A DNA stretch of 64,000 bases from Rebecca billardiae RCC1528 (Eukaryota > Protista > Haptophyta). The DNA lies in NCBI GenBank assembly GCA_965240325.2, contig OZ251240.1:1488001-1552000 (forward strand), read 5' to 3'. Shown here piece after piece: positions 36,161-49,432 of the stretch. A program made the position numbers and the translations under genes. Every line of letters starts with the position of its first letter. The first letter of the stretch is position 1. Under the pieces are notes generated by a model. It had not been told where the DNA came from. It was given only the letters and a program-made list of their open reading frames with translations, and searched no databases.

Positions 36161-37657
36161 ATGTTGTGCACGGCGAGCTCGGCTGCGGCGGGTTTGAAGC
36201 TCGCCGACCTCCCGTCGGAGGTGATTGAGCATGTGGTGCTCGGCCTCGAGGCACTCTCCGACCTCGCCGCCGTGAACGCCACCTCGCGTCTCTTCCGTGG
36301 CGCTCCCGGCGGCCGCTCGCCGGTCGAGCGCGCGCTCCGCCAGCGCGCAAGAGCCCGCGGGCATGAGCGCGCCCTGCCGGCCAAGCTGCCATCGAGTGCG
36401 GGTTCGGTTGTTGCCGAGCTGTTCGAGCGAGAGCGCGTGCTTGCGCTTGCCAGTGCGCACACGCTCGTCGCCATGGCCGAGAGCGTCGATTACCTGCTAT
36501 TGAGCGCGTTTGTGGACGCTGAGGGTGGGCTGCACACATGCGGCGAGGAGCTGCTCGTCCGCACTGCCGATGACGACCCGATCGTTTGCGCGAGCCATGC
36601 CGCACTGGGCCACGGCGATCGTCACCAGCCGCCCGTGCTCGTACCGACGCGCGTCGCGTCGCTCAGCGCAGTGCGCGTGTGCGCAGTGGCTGGCAGCTGC
36701 AGCCACCTGCTCGCGCTGAGCGATGCCGGCGCCGTGTACGCGTGCGGCTGGAACTTTTCGGGCGAGCTCGGTCTGGGGGACACGCAAGCGCGATGGTCGC
36801 TCGAGCTGGTGCGTGCGCTCTCACGCGAGGTCGTCGTGTGCATCGCTTCGGGCAGTATGCATTCTCTCGCGCTGACGGTGGGCGGCACTGCGTACAGCTG
36901 GGGCCACAACGCGTACGGCGAGCTCGGCCACGGCGACACTGAGGACTGGTTGGAGCCGACGCGCATCGAGGCGCTTGCGGGCGTGCACGTGGGTGGTGTC
37001 AGTGCTGACTCGTTCTACACGCTCCTGGTGTCGACGAGTGGCGCGGTCTACGTTTGCGGGAACAACCCGTGCGAGGGCATCATCAAGGAGGAGCGACTGC
37101 CAACACACGTCAGGGGCCTTGCCGGCGTGCGCGTTGTGCACGTGAGCGCGGGCGCAACCCACTGTCTGCTGGTGGACGATACTGGCGCAGTCTACTCGTG
37201 GGGTACGAATAAACACGGCGAGCTAGGCCATGCCGATTGCCTCCCAGCTGATCCAGTGCCCATGCGCGTCGATGCGCTGGCCGGCGTGCGCGCCGTGCGC
37301 GCCTGTGCGCGCGGCAAATGCGTCAGCGCAGTGCTGGGCTCAGATGGCAGCGTGTACGCGTTTGGGCGTAAATCGCGCGATCTGCTCTGGCTCGATGGCA
37401 CAGACGACGACGGCCACCCTGAGCTGCCCACGCGCATACCCGAATGGTGCTTGCCCGAGCATGTGGTGGACTGCTCGATCTCAGAGGGCCACGCGCTGTT
37501 TGTGACGGCGGACGGCGCCGTGCACTCGTGCGGCTTCCAGGGAGCCTCCCTTGGCCAAGGCGTGAGCGCTGCTGATGACAGCGACGAAGACTTCATCGAG
37601 CCCGCGCGTATCGGGTGGCTGCCTCCCGTGCTGGCACGGTCGGCTGCCCGCCGCTGA
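36161..37657 (+). CDS. F-box + RCC1-repeat protein, copy B (tandem paralog)
   Basis: Same architecture as copy A and mostly identical to it. The flanks are also duplicated (35815-36000 matches 38347-38541). Confidence 0.88.
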   Translation: MLCTASSAAAGLKLADLPSEVIEHVVLGLEALSDLAAVNATSRLFRGAPGGRSPVERALRQRARARGHERALPAKLPSSAGSVVAELFERERVLALASAHTLVAMAESVDYLLLSAFVDAEGGLHTCGEELLVRTADDDPIVCASHAALGHGDRHQPPVLVPTRVASLSAVRVCAVAGSCSHLLALSDAGAVYACGWNFSGELGLGDTQARWSLELVRALSREVVVCIASGSMHSLALTVGGTAYSWGHNAYGELGHGDTEDWLEPTRIEALAGVHVGGVSADSFYTLLVSTSGAVYVCGNNPCEGIIKEERLPTHVRGLAGVRVVHVSAGATHCLLVDDTGAVYSWGTNKHGELGHADCLPADPVPMRVDALAGVRAVRACARGKCVSAVLGSDGSVYAFGRKSRDLLWLDGTDDDGHPELPTRIPEWCLPEHVVDCSISEGHALFVTADGAVHSCGFQGASLGQGVSAADDSDEDFIEPARIGWLPPVLARSAARR

Positions 37658-37740
37658 GCCCTTGCGGCTGGCTTGGGACCGTCGTCACTGTCAGGCCGGC
37701 TGGTGTTGGCGCACTACCGAGACTGTCCGAGAATACCAGG

Positions 37741-38330
37741 GGCTCTGGCTCCGGTTGACCCCTGCCAGTCCGGTCATAGAAACCGGGCGTACCGAAAATA
37801 TGATCTTCGCATTCCTGCGGCCGAATGAACGCCCGAAGTGTCCCACATCAGGGCCCCAAGTAGGCGGTTGCTATCGCATCACATGCGCTATATATATATA
37901 TATATGCGGAAAATATTGATGCGGATGGCGGCGGCCCAAATTAGCGCTAGCAGAATAATAATACTAGTGCCCGCCAGGGTCGGTGCCGTCGGTGAAACTC
38001 CGAGTCGTAGTAGTTTGTCTATCGTGACTACTTCAGACTCTATTTTCATAGCTATTTACCCAGTCCGGTGACACGTTTCCAATCTCTACGGGTGCATCCG
38101 GATCGCTCCCGGACCGTGTTCTGACCAGAGTCTGAAATGGGTAAATACATAGTAAAATAGAGTCTGAACTATAGCTAGGAAGTGCAATTGTTGGCCCAAT
38201 ATCGCTCTGAAGTCATCATCATCTATAGGCATCCATTGAGGTCCTCCTGTGCAGTTTTCACGAGTGACTTTATGAAGGAGCTCACAATGCCCGTCTCTGG
38301 CAGGGGTCAACCGAGTCCGAAGCCAGAGCC
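37741..38330. mobile_element. Non-autonomous TIR element (~590 bp), 4-bp TSD CAGG
   Basis: Left end GGCTCTGGCTCCGGTTGACCCCTGCCAG; right end is its reverse complement with a small indel. CAGG on both flanks. Absent from the paralogous flank of copy A. Confidence 0.8.
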
Positions 38331-39222
38331 CAGGATGAGGAGTACCGCGCACTGCCCGCCAAGCATCGCGATAAGGGCATCACAGTTTGGCCTCGTGAGA
38401 GTCAGTGTCTGCTGTGTCTGTGTGTGTGACTCGGCTCCGACTCTGCGGAGCCCTCACTGCTCACTAATCGGGCGCACTAATAATTAATAATACTCGTCGT
38501 AATACTGCCTCCGCCAATACAGAACACTGCGGCGTCACTGGGTCTAGGACCGCCGGCCGGCATGTCGCTGCCATGTGCAGCGCTCCCGAGCGTCTCGTGC
38601 AGCCCCCGAGGTCGAGGCGCAGGACATCGTCGCCCCGAGCGGCCGAGCCCGCAGCACATCGAGTCGTTCATCGCGCATCCACGCGGGGATGGATGAACCG
38701 GAAAAGCGCGACGCAGCTTTAGCTTTTCAGAGGGCAACCCTGGGTAATCAGGTCGTTGCGGGGCCCGGCAGCTTCAAAGTTAGCTAGCCCAACTACTGTG
38801 AACTGTCCCATATTCGGCGCACTCGACCGCCGCACCGCAGCGGCAGCCCGACTGACGAAGCGCCAGATCAGCAGTATCGGAGGCACCACGACTCACCGTA
38901 CGAGGCGGAGACACGACTGCCACGAGCGGGTCCCATGTCCACGTCGGGTCACGGCCGGGTGGTGGCACTCGCCCGGCCCGGGCGTGCCGGTCCAGGGCGG
39001 TGCCGGACGCAGACGCGACACCTCTACGACTCGTCGATCGGCGTCAGCAAAGTGAAATAAGCATGCAGTCGATATACTTAGTATTTATAACTGTGGCCGG
39101 TGCCAACCAAGTGCACCGCGTACCGTTCAGTGAATCTGAGTGCCGCGGCACCGAATGACGCCGCCACGCCTCATCCGACGAGATGCAGCCAGACGGCCTG
39201 GGCGCGCTGCACCGACGTGTCG

Positions 39223-39378
39223 TCACCATCCAGGCGGCTTACCATCGTCATCGCTGTCGCTGTCGGATTCAGCATCAAAATCCACCAAGCGCACGCGTGC
39301 CGGCTGCTTGCCGGCGGCGGCCCAGGCGGCGGCGGCGGCGGCCGGAACGGTGACTGGAACGGCGGCGGCGGGAACGGC

Positions 39379-39421
<43 letters not shown>

Positions 39422-42400
39422 CCTCCAGCGGCGGCACCGGCAGCGGCGGCGGCACCGGCGGCACCGCTCCCGGCGGCGGCGGCAGCGGCGGTGGCGACGC
39501 CGGCGGCGACGGCTCCTCCGCCGACGCCGCTCCCACCGCCGCTCGCGGCGGCAGGCGGGATGCCCGGCTCGCGCCGTGCGTCGGCGGCGCGTTGGCCGCT
39601 GCCCCTGCCGGCGCTGCCGGGCCCGACCGCGCGCGGTGCTGCGTCACACCGCGCCCCCGCCGCGCCAAGGGCGGTCGCGGCGCGTTGGCCGCTGCCCCTG
39701 CCACCGCCGCTGCCGGGCCCAGCTGCTGCAGGCACGCGCTCGACCGCGCGCGGGCTCGCGACTCGGGCGGCAGAGCCGCTGGCGCCGGCGCCGGCGGCGT
39801 CCGCGGTGTTATTCATGCGGCTGTCCCCGTCCCCGTCGGCGAACGTGGTCTCGTCGTCGTCGTCGTCGTCGCGGTACTCATCGTCGCCGCCGTCGCCGCC
39901 GCCGGCCTCGCTCCCGCCCTCGTCCGCATCGGCCATGACGCCGTGTGCGCGGCACAGCCGCAGGAGCGAACTCTTGGCCGGCGCGTACGCGCGCGGCTCA
40001 AACTGTGCGAGGACCGTGGCGTCGAGCTCGGCCGCGAGCTGCAGCTGCGCCGCGGCGCGGTCCGCGCCGCCGCCCCCGCGCGTGGACGCCGCCGCGCGCA
40101 GCTCGCCCTTCGCGTGTTCGATCAGGGCTCTGAACACGGCGCCGCCGCCGTGCGCTTGCGCGGAAACGTAGTACGCCTCGACGAGCGCCGAGGCCCAACT
40201 GAAGCCAAAGTCGGTGGCGATGCGGCGTGCGGACGCGCACGCGGCACGCAGCGCGAAGGGGTCCGCGTGCACGCCCGCGGTGAGCACCTCGGTCCGCACG
40301 CGCGCGAGCGCCGCCCGGGCCACGGTCGCGTGGCCGCCACGCCCGCCGTCCCCGCCGCCGCCGCCGCCGCCGCCGTCCGCGGCCTGGACCAGCAGCTGCG
40401 CCGCTCGCTCGACGAACGCGCGCAGCCGCGCAGGATGCTTCGCCATCGCCGCCTTGAGCAGGAAGCCGCGCCAGCTCGTCCGCAAGGACTCCAAGGCCCA
40501 GTTGACGGCGACGCCGCGCTCGGCGGGGCGCTTGCGCACACTCGCAGGCACGGCGTCGCCGCCGCCGGCCGCGCGCGCGCTCGCGCTCGGCTGCGAGCGC
40601 GCGCGCTTGCCGAGCGCCGGCGCCGCGGCCGTCTGCAAAGCGCCGGTCCTGGGCGCAAGGAGAAGCTGCGGCACCGGCGGCACGCTGGTGGCGATCCGGT
40701 CGCACGCGCGCGGCGTCGGGACGTATGACACGAGCGCGAGCCCCGACGCGCGGCCGCCGCGGCCGCCGCCGCCGCGGCCGCCGCCGCGGCCGCCGCCGGC
40801 CGCGCCGCCGGCCGCGGCCGCGCTCGGCGTCGGCGTCGGCAGCGTCAACCCGACTGCCGGCGAGGGCAGCAGCGAATAGCTGAGCCCGTGCGGCGTCGGC
40901 AGCGCGTCGAGGACCGCCCAGTTCCCGTGGCTCGCCGCCACCTCCGCCGCCACCACCGCGTGCTTCGGCCCGGTCCATCCGCGCCCGAGCACGTTGTCCG
41001 CCTCCGTCATTTGCCGACCCGCGTCGGCGCCGGCCGCCAGCAGTGCGCGAACGATCGCGGGGCGCTCCGAGTCTGAAACGCCGGCGGCGCGCACCGCCGC
41101 CCAGTGCAGCGGCGTGCCGCCGTTGCCGTCCAGCGCGCACGGGTCGGCGCGCGCGGCCAGCAGCAGCGAGACTGCGCGCAAGCTCCCGAGCTCGCACGCC
41201 TTGTGCAGCGGCGTGTACCCACGCCAGTAACCGCCACCGTAACCGCCACCGTAACGGCCACCGTAACCGCCATCGTCCAAGCCGTCGTCGTCGGGGTCGG
41301 AGGCCTCGTGCGATCGGTCGTCGACAAAGATGCACCGCGCGCCGCGCACGCCGCCGCAGCCGTCGATGAGCAGGCGTGCGAGCGCGAGCGCGCGGCGCTC
41401 CTGCCGCGCCGCCTGCTCGCACACCGCCGCCGGAGCCGCCGCGCCGCCGCCAGCCGCGCCGCCGCCCTCCTCCTCCTCCTCGCCGCCGCCGCGCCCGCCG
41501 CCGCCGCCAATCAACAGCAGCGCGCCGCCGCCGCCGCCGCCTCGGCGCGCGGCGTGCGCCGACGCGTAGGGCCCGCCGGCGTGGCAGCCGAGCGCCGCGA
41601 TGCCCGCGACGACGAGCTCGTCGTACCCGCCACCCCCCGCGCCCCCGCGCGCCGCCGAGCCGCACAGGCTGCCGCTGCACTTGGCGTGCGAGATTGCGTA
41701 GTAAAGCGGACGGACGTTGGCGCAGACCGGCGCGGTGGTCGGCGGCGTGCGCGCCGAGTGCGGCCGCGCGAGCGCGTTGCGGTCGCCGACGAGCTCGAGC
41801 GCGAGGCGCGTGCTCGCCGCCTCGTCCGGAGGCGGCGGTTGGGCGCCGCCAGCCCGGCCGGCAGCGCCGGCCGACGCCGAGGGCCGGCCGCCCTGCGCGG
41901 CGACGGGCGGCGGCGAGGGCGGCACGCCGCTTGGGCTCGCGGCGCCGCCGAGCCCGCACCGGCCGCCGCGCGCGCCGCCGCCACGCCCGCCGCCGCCGAC
42001 GGCGGCGGCGGCGCCGCCCGTCCCACCGCCGCGGCCGCTTCCGCGCGCGCGGCCGCCGTCGGCGCGGTAGCTGCCGCCGCGGCGCTCGCGCCCGCCGCCC
42101 GCGCCGCCGCCGCCGCCGGGCCGCTGCAGGTCCGCCCGGATCGCCCGGAGCAGAAGGCCGTGTGCGTCGGCGCGCGCGCGCAGCTCGGCCGTCCACCGTC
42201 CGCTCTCGACGAGCGCGGAGACGGCGAGCACGTCCGCGGCCTCGACGTAGGTCAGCGCCACCTCCAGCACGTCGAAGCGCATCGACGGGCGCGGCGCCGG
42301 CGAGCCGTCGCCGCCTTGCCTGCCGCCGTGTGGTGGCGCCGCGCCGCCGCCCCGCGCCGGCGGCGCGGCGGGCGCGGCCGGCGCGGCGGGCGCGGTGGAC

Positions 42401-43050
42401 GGGCGACTCGCGCCACCACGCTCGCCCGTGGCGTGCGCGGGTGCCACCGCCGGCCCCGCCGGCGCCGCGCCGGCGGCGGCCCCGCCCGCGGCGGCGCTCG
42501 CGGCCGCGGCAGGTGCGGAGGCCGGCGCGCGCTCGTGCGCGCGCGCGGCCAGGAACGCTCGGCACGCCCGCAGCTGGAGCAGCGCGCTCTCGGCGGAGGG
42601 CGTGCCCGGCAGCGCGGGGCACGCGGTGAGCGCGGCGCTTAGCGCGTCCCAGTCCACCTCGCCCGCGCCCGCGCTGGCCGACAGTGCCACCGACACCCAC
42701 GCCGCGCCGCCGCCGCCCGCCGGAGGCTGCGCGTCGTCGTCCGCGATCGCGGCTTCGTGCGTCAGCGCCCTGACGAGGCCTGCCGTGACGGGCACGTCGC
42801 CCTGCGAAGGGGGCGGCGCGGCGGCGCTGCCCGCCAGCCGCGCGTAGCACGCCCACGCCGCACGCGCCGAGCACACACGCCAGAGCTCCGCGGCGGGCGC
42901 GCCGCGCGCGCGACTGAGCGCGTCGACGGCGACGGAGCGCGGCACACCGGCGTCGAGGAGGCGGACGAGCACGCCCGCCGCGGGGTGCTGCGCCGCCAGC
43001 GCCTGCCTCGACGCGAGGTACGCCGCGTCGTCCGCTGCGCCCGCAGCCAT
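39223..43050 (-). CDS. Ankyrin-repeat protein with low-complexity linkers and a Pro-rich tail
   Basis: GYTPLHKAC...LLLAARADP...GGTPLHWAA...ALLAAGAD. About 1275-aa uninterrupted frame from MAAGAADD. Confidence 0.7.
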
Positions 43051-43506
43051 GCTGCGCGCTCGACGTTCGCGCGCGCGGGTTGTGGCCGCCCGGGTGCGCG
43101 CGAAAGATTGATTGTACAGCGGGGCGCGAGTTGACCGTCGTCGTCGTGGGGCTGCCCAGTGAGGCCACCGCACCAGAAGACGCGCGGCCATTGTCATTTT
43201 GCCGGGGATGTTTTCCGGACAAATATGGTCCTGACGACGCGAATTGAGCCGGCTTAGCCTCAGTAGTCAGTTCGTGCGCAATGACGCACGACGCGCTGAG
43301 ACTACAGTACGACTCAATGTAGACACTTCGGAGGCAGCCTGCGCATCCGATGGTACGCAATAGAATGCCGTCCGCGCCGACGACGAAGACGCCACTGTCA
43401 CCAGCCTCTCGCGGGAGAGTCGCCCCGGCGCCACTCGCCGCCGGGGGCTGCGCGCAGTGACGGCCCGGACTCTCAGGCGACGCTGACCCGCGGAGAGTCG
43501 GCTCGG

Positions 43507-44073
43507 TCAGATGGACCCGTCGTCGGCGTCGAGAGCAAGCATTGCACCCACGACGCGGCGCTCCTCCTGGTTGAGGAAGTTGAAGGTGGCGCACGCGTTC
43601 GCCGACGTGTGCACCTCCACGCCGATCCGTTGGCGCTCGAGCCACGCGCGCACCTCCGCGGCCAACGGCTGGATCGTGCGGCCACTGCCGATGACGACGA
43701 GCTCGATCTCGGGCTCGAGGAGCGGGAGGAAGCCGAGGCTGGCGCGCGTGACGTCCGCCATCGTGCGCGCGCGCCAGAGGAAGCTCGCGTGCGGCGCGAG
43801 CAGCACCGAGCCCAGCAGCCGCACGCCGTTCACGCGGAAGCCGGCCGCGTCGTACGCGTTGACCATTGTCCAGGGCTTCGCCTTGGACGCGCCGGCCGCG
43901 CCGAGCAGGTCGACGCCGTAGCCGCCCTCGCCCTGCGCGCGGCCGACGCTGCGCGTGGGCGCGACCTTGCGGTCAAAGTCGGTGGGCCGGCGCCCCGGGC
44001 CCGTGGCCATGCCCCGCCGGCTCGCCGCCGCGGCGGAGGCGACGCCCACGGCGCGCCACCGAGACGCCTGCAT
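43507..44073 (-). CDS. NDUFAF3: Mth938/DUF498-domain mitochondrial complex I assembly factor
   Basis: VNAYDAAGFRVNGV, IELVVIGSG, EVHTSANACATFNFLNQEERRV. Arg/Ala presequence. Confidence 0.85.
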   Translation of the reverse strand: MQASRWRAVGVASAAAASRRGMATGPGRRPTDFDRKVAPTRSVGRAQGEGGYGVDLLGAAGASKAKPWTMVNAYDAAGFRVNGVRLLGSVLLAPHASFLWRARTMADVTRASLGFLPLLEPEIELVVIGSGRTIQPLAAEVRAWLERQRIGVEVHTSANACATFNFLNQEERRVVGAMLALDADDGSI

Positions 44074-44261
44074 CGCCCCGACGCAGGTCTGCAGCGCGGT
44101 CCGGCGCGCTCCTAATTCGTTAGCAGTCCGGATATGCCGTTACGAGAGCTTGCTGGCGCGCGGGCGCGCAGCAGTTCTCCCGCCGCCGGGGCGTGGGCGC
44201 TTAGTGCGTGAGAGCAAGGGGGAAGGGCTGTTGCCGAGCTTGCTCGCGCGGCCACGGGGCC

Positions 44262-46596
44262 ATGCACAAGTACCGGCTGATCGCCAAGAAGGGCGAGGGC
44301 ACGTTCTCGGAGGTGCTCAAGGCGCAGAGCATCAAGAACGGCAAGTATGTCGCGATCAAGTGCATGAAGAACCACTTCGACTCGCTCGAGCAGGTGAACA
44401 ACTTGCGCGAGATCCAGGCGCTCCGGCGGCTCTCGCCGCACCCGAACGTGATCCGGCTGGTGGAGGTGCTGTACGACCAGCCGACGGGGCGGCTGGCGCT
44501 GGTGTTCGAGCTGATGGACATGAACGCGTACGAGCTCATCCGCGGCCGCCGCCACTACCTCCCCGAGAACCGCGTGAAGCACTACATCTACCAGCTGCTG
44601 CGCTCGATGGACCACATGCACCGGAACGGGATCTTCCACCGGGACATCAAGCCGGAGAACATCCTGCTGATGGACGACGAGCTCAAGCTCGCCGACTTCG
44701 GCTCGTGCCGCGGCATCTACTCCAAGCAGCCGTACACCGAGTACATCTCGACGCGCTGGTACCGCGCCCCCGAGTGCCTACTTACAGATGGGTACTACAA
44801 TTATAAGATGGACATGTGGGGCGTGGGCTGCGTCTTCTTCGAGATCATGGCGCTCTACCCGCTCTTCCCGGGGACGAACGAGCTCGACCAGATCCAGAAG
44901 ATCCACAACATCATCGGCACGCCCTCGCCGGTGCGCGCCCGGCGCGCGAGCGCGCGCGCGCGCAGCAGCGCTCGCCCGAGACGAGGCGCCTCGCGCTCAC
45001 GCCCCCTCCCCGTGTGGCACGCCTCCCTTTCGCGCGTGCGCGCGACCCGCCCGGTGGGCTTGGGCTCGGACGCTCGCAGGAGGTGCTCGCCAAGATGAAG
45101 AAGCACTCCAACGCGCACATCGACTTCAACTTCCCGTACAAGGAAGGGACGCCTCTGACGAAACTCATCCCGCACGCGTCGGGCGACTGCATCGACCTGA
45201 TCACGAAATTGCTTGCGTACGACCCGGACCACCGGATCTCGGCGCGGCAGGCGCTGCGGCACCAGCTGTTCCGCGAGATCCGCGAGGCGGAGAAGCGCGC
45301 GCACGCGATGAACCAGACGCTCTCGCAGTCCGTCTCCGTGCCGGCCGACGGCGGGCTTGACGGCGGAATTGACGGCGCCGTCGCCGCGCCCGGCGGCGGC
45401 GGCGGCGGGCCGGCGGCGGAGGGCCTCGGCGGAGGCCCGGCGGCGGGCGGCGGCAGCAGCGGGCAGGCGGGCTCGGCGGGCGGCGGCGGGGGCGCCGCTC
45501 GGAAAGGGGGCGCGGGAGGCGGCGGGAAGCAGGGCGCGGCCAGCGAGCAGCCGAACGGTGCGCGCCGCGCCCATCGCCGGCGCGGCCAAGGGCGCCCACG
45601 CTTTTTGCGGCGCCCGCGCCCGCGCTCGCGCGCCCGCACACTCGCCCGCGCCAAGCGCGCCGCTGACCCAGGCGTGTGCCGCGCGCCCGCCGCGCGCCGC
45701 GCGGCGCAGCCCCAGCGCTGCCCTCGATCGGCACCGGGCGCACGACGAACCAGCTGCAGCCCTCCGCCGGCTCAACACCCGACGGCCACAACGCATCCTC
45801 CTCGTCCTCGCTGCCTTCTCTCGGCGCGTCGGCCGCCGCGACGCGCGACGCCGGCCCGCTGCCAGAGTCGCTGCCGCCGATCGGAGCAGGGCATGGCGCG
45901 CAGGGTGGGCACGCGATGGCGCACGGCGCGGCGGCGGGCGGCGGCGTGCACGCGGCGCACGTCGGCCTCGCGCCCACCGTCGGCGGCGGCGGCGGCGGCG
46001 GTGTGGGCGCGCGAGGCGGCGGCCCCGGCGGCGCCCCGGGCGGCGGCGCGGGCGCGCAGGCGGGCGGGCGCGGCGCGGGCGTGGGCGGGCGGCACGCGCA
46101 CGGCCAGCCGCGTGTGAAGCAGCAAGCGAACAACAAGCGCAACGTGCCGGGCGGCAGCAGCCTCCGCCAGGCCGGCGTCGCGGGCATGGGCGCCACCGGG
46201 CCCGCCGCCGCGCGCACGCAGCCGCTGCACATGGCCGGGGGCGGGCTGCGTATGCAGGGCGCGGGCGCGGGCGGCGGCGCGGCGCAGATGCCGGGCTATC
46301 ACCAGACGTTCGGCGGCGGCGGCGGCGGCGGCGGGCCGGGCGCGCTGAGCGGCGTGGGCGGCGTGAGCGGGATGGGCGTCGGTGGCAGCAGCACCGGCGC
46401 CCTCTCGATCAGTGGCGACGGCGGCGGCGGCGGCGGCGCGGGCGGCGCAGAGCTCGGCGGCGGCGGCGCGGGCGGCGCCAAGGGCAAACGAGGGGCCTAC
46501 CAATCGCCCTACTCGCAGCGCGCGGCGGTGCCTGGGCTCAAGGGCGGGGCGGCACCGGGCATGCACGCCAAGCCGCCGCACGGCGGGCTGCAATGA
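44262..46596 (+). CDS. MOK: MAPK/MAK/MRK-overlapping kinase (MOK/RAGE, LF4-like), 3 exons
   Basis: KKGEGTFSEV, HRDIKPEN, ADFGSCRG, PYTEYISTRWYRAPECLLTDG. Exons 44262-44930, 45080-45557, 45710-46596. Confidence 0.92.
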
Positions 46597-46929
46597 GAGC
46601 GGCCACGCAGCCCGCGCCTGCCACCGAACGTAGTCGCCCGCGCCGTCGGCACCCGACCGACTCGACCAGTCGCGTCGTGCCGAGCGCACTTTTTCATGGC
46701 CCGGCGCGTCACTCACCTCGCTCACTTGCTGGCACCGCCCTCCGCTTCTGCTTGCGGCTGCTGCTGGCCCGTGGCCTGCTTGCTTATTGCCGCAGCACGA
46801 CGAGTCGGTCGTTATTATTACTATTATTAGTATATATATATATGTAGTATTGTGACCCGGCCATATGATATTATTATTATAACGACGTGAGTATGCAACG
46901 GGCAGGCGTCACGGAGTCAGCACGCTGTA

Positions 46930-47534
46930 TGGAGCGCGCGTTGGAACTTGGCGGGGCTTGGAACTTGACACCGCATTTCCCAGCGAAGTGCCCCATCTCG
47001 GCGGGGCTGGCACGGTCGGCACACGCTCCTGAGCGCTCGCTTTGCGGTGCGGCAGGCCTTGGGCAGCCCAGACAGACATGCCGCGACCGAATTACCGGGC
47101 CATGCGCGCACCACACCCGCGCTACATGGCCTACGCGCTGGACGACTGAGAGGCAACGCCGAACCACTGCATTCCACTGCCCGGCATGCACCCCGAGTCA
47201 CCTTCAGAGGGCGTCGACGAGCGCAGAGCGGGTGCGTGGGAGTTCGACCAACTCGTGTACCTTCTTGCAAGCACCAGCGGCGAGGTCGCAAGCCGAACCT
47301 TGACCAGCCGTGGAACTTGAGCTGGTCGGCAGCAAAACCACCGTTCAACCCGGATCAAGTTAGCAGCGTGCGAGGAGGAGGCGCGGTGCGCGTCCGCGGC
47401 TGGCGAGAGGCGTCCGGACCGTGCCGTTCTCGGCCGCGCCCGCGCGCTTCCCGCCGCCTCGGGCCCCGTGTACGCCCGTCGTCGCCCTCGCCGCGCGGGC
47501 GCCAAACCGGCGTCAAGTTCCAACGAGCGCTCCA
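46930..47534. mobile_element. MITE (~605 bp) with TA target duplication, Tc1/mariner-like
   Basis: TIR TGGAGCGCGCGTTGGAACTTG / CAAGTTCCAACGAGCGCTCCA (1 mismatch), TA on both flanks. Confidence 0.85.
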
Positions 47535-47787
47535 TATATATTAACGACGTGGTATGCAACGGGCAGGCGTCAGAGTCAGCAAGCTGTAGCAACAGATCGA
47601 GCAGCAGAGACAAACACCAGGATCAGCGCTCCTCGCCGTCGTCCCCCCCCCTCGTAGTCGCCCATCACTCCATCGCCGAGCGGAAGCTCGACGCACCGTC
47701 TGGCGTCGACGCGCGCGCGCCACCGCGGTGGTCGCGGTGCCACGCGTCGTCAGCCGTCGTCTCGAAGTAGTCGTCGTATGCAGCGCT

Positions 47788-47944
<157 letters not shown>

Positions 47945-48502
47945 CACTAGCTAATCATAGCAGTAGTACTATCGATCAGTGCGACTATCATTAATCATAT
48001 CCGAACGCGGGCCCGGGGACGGCCAACGGGCCGAGTCCGTCGGCCGCTCCCGGGCCGTTCGGGCTCGGCGCGGTCCACCGCCGGCCCGCCGCGTGGCCCC
48101 CAGTCCCAGTCGGGGAACTTACACGGTCAGACCCGGTCTGAATCGGCCCCCTCGCTCAGAGTCCCAGTCCGGTCACTGGAGCGTTACAGCGCGCATCTTG
48201 ATGACATCAGCACTGCTGATGATGCTGCCTGATGCAATCGGCGGGATCAGCGCCGCGCCTCGTCTGATGATCTTACTTACATCTGCTGCTATACACTATA
48301 CAGCATAATAATAATAAGCAGCAATCAGTATAGCTCCCAGCAGACCACCCCGGCAGGCGGTCCCTTGGACGACATTATTACACATATATTTATACGGCCA
48401 GATGGATCCGATATCACTTATATATATCGTCATCATTATTCATCATCAATATATATATATGGACCGCGTGATCCGGTGATGTCTGACGGCTCCGGTCACT
48501 GT

Positions 48503-49432
48503 CCGGGACGTCCAGCAGGGGTGCATTCAGACTCTCTGGGGGGGTCTGGGGGGGGGCTCCCCCCAGCCGATCGAAGGACCAAATACGCCTCAATAGTCAA
48601 TAGCCAATAGGCCCCCCAACTCGCCAGAATTTGCATAGCAGACCGGCTGCGTCGTGCGGCGTCGGCTCTGCGCCGAGCGGCCATGACGCATTGCACACAG
48701 CCCCGATATCGGCGCCTCCCTCGCGAGTCAAGACGTAGCGCAGTGCAGTCCTGATCGAGCAACGCATTGACTGCTGCGGCGCACCGCGCAGGCCACGCCG
48801 CACCTCAGCACTCGCGAACAAGCTCTGACTCTCTGAGCCAGCCAGCTGTGGCAGTCCTCTGAGGAGCTGCAGCCAAGCACGAGCTCGTGCGCATACCCAT
48901 GCCACCACGAGCTGACGGCGCGGCCCGGGACGCGAGTAGCTCGAAGCCGACAAGCTCATGCGCACGCCCGCACCGCCGCGAGCTCAAGGTGTGGCCGCCG
49001 GCGCGAGCAGCTCGACGCGGACAGCGCGCAGCTTGCTCGAGTCGACGAGCAGCTTCTCGCCCATCGGTGACTCTCAGTGCACGAGGGTGCACCCGGGGCG
49101 CGAGCGCGACAGGGTGCCGCGGCCAACCAGCGGATGCGCCCGGATCAAGGCCTCCGAGACGTCTCATCTCCTTGCCCGCTCGGTGGAACTCCATCGTGCG
49201 GGAGACCGGTCCGGGAGGCCAAAAAAAAGTTCAGCACGATGGAGTCCTCCGTGTTCGACTGTGACGACGCGTTCAAGGACAAGGAAACATACGAAATCGT
49301 CTGCGGCTTCGGTTTTGAACCTGCGGCTTCGTCCGCCGCCCCGGAGATCTTTCGATTGGTACCCTCATCGCTCCCTGGCTCCCAGGGGTTCGTCTAAATG
49401 CACCCCCCCCATAGGGTCAGTGGACGTCCCTG
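48503..49432. mobile_element. Non-autonomous TIR element (~930 bp), 5-6-bp TSD ACTGT(C), possibly hAT-like
   Basis: Left CCGGGACGTCCA...GGGGTGCATTCAGAC; right end reverse-complemented CAGGGACGTCCA...GGGGTGCATTTAGAC. ACTGT(C) at 48498 and 49433. Confidence 0.7.

Noticed and set aside
34250-37657. Diversity-generating retroelement behind the F-box/RCC1 variation
   Set aside because: Substitutions are not adenine-specific (e.g. TGC/TGG, TCT/TTT), both copies are full genes, and no RT is present.
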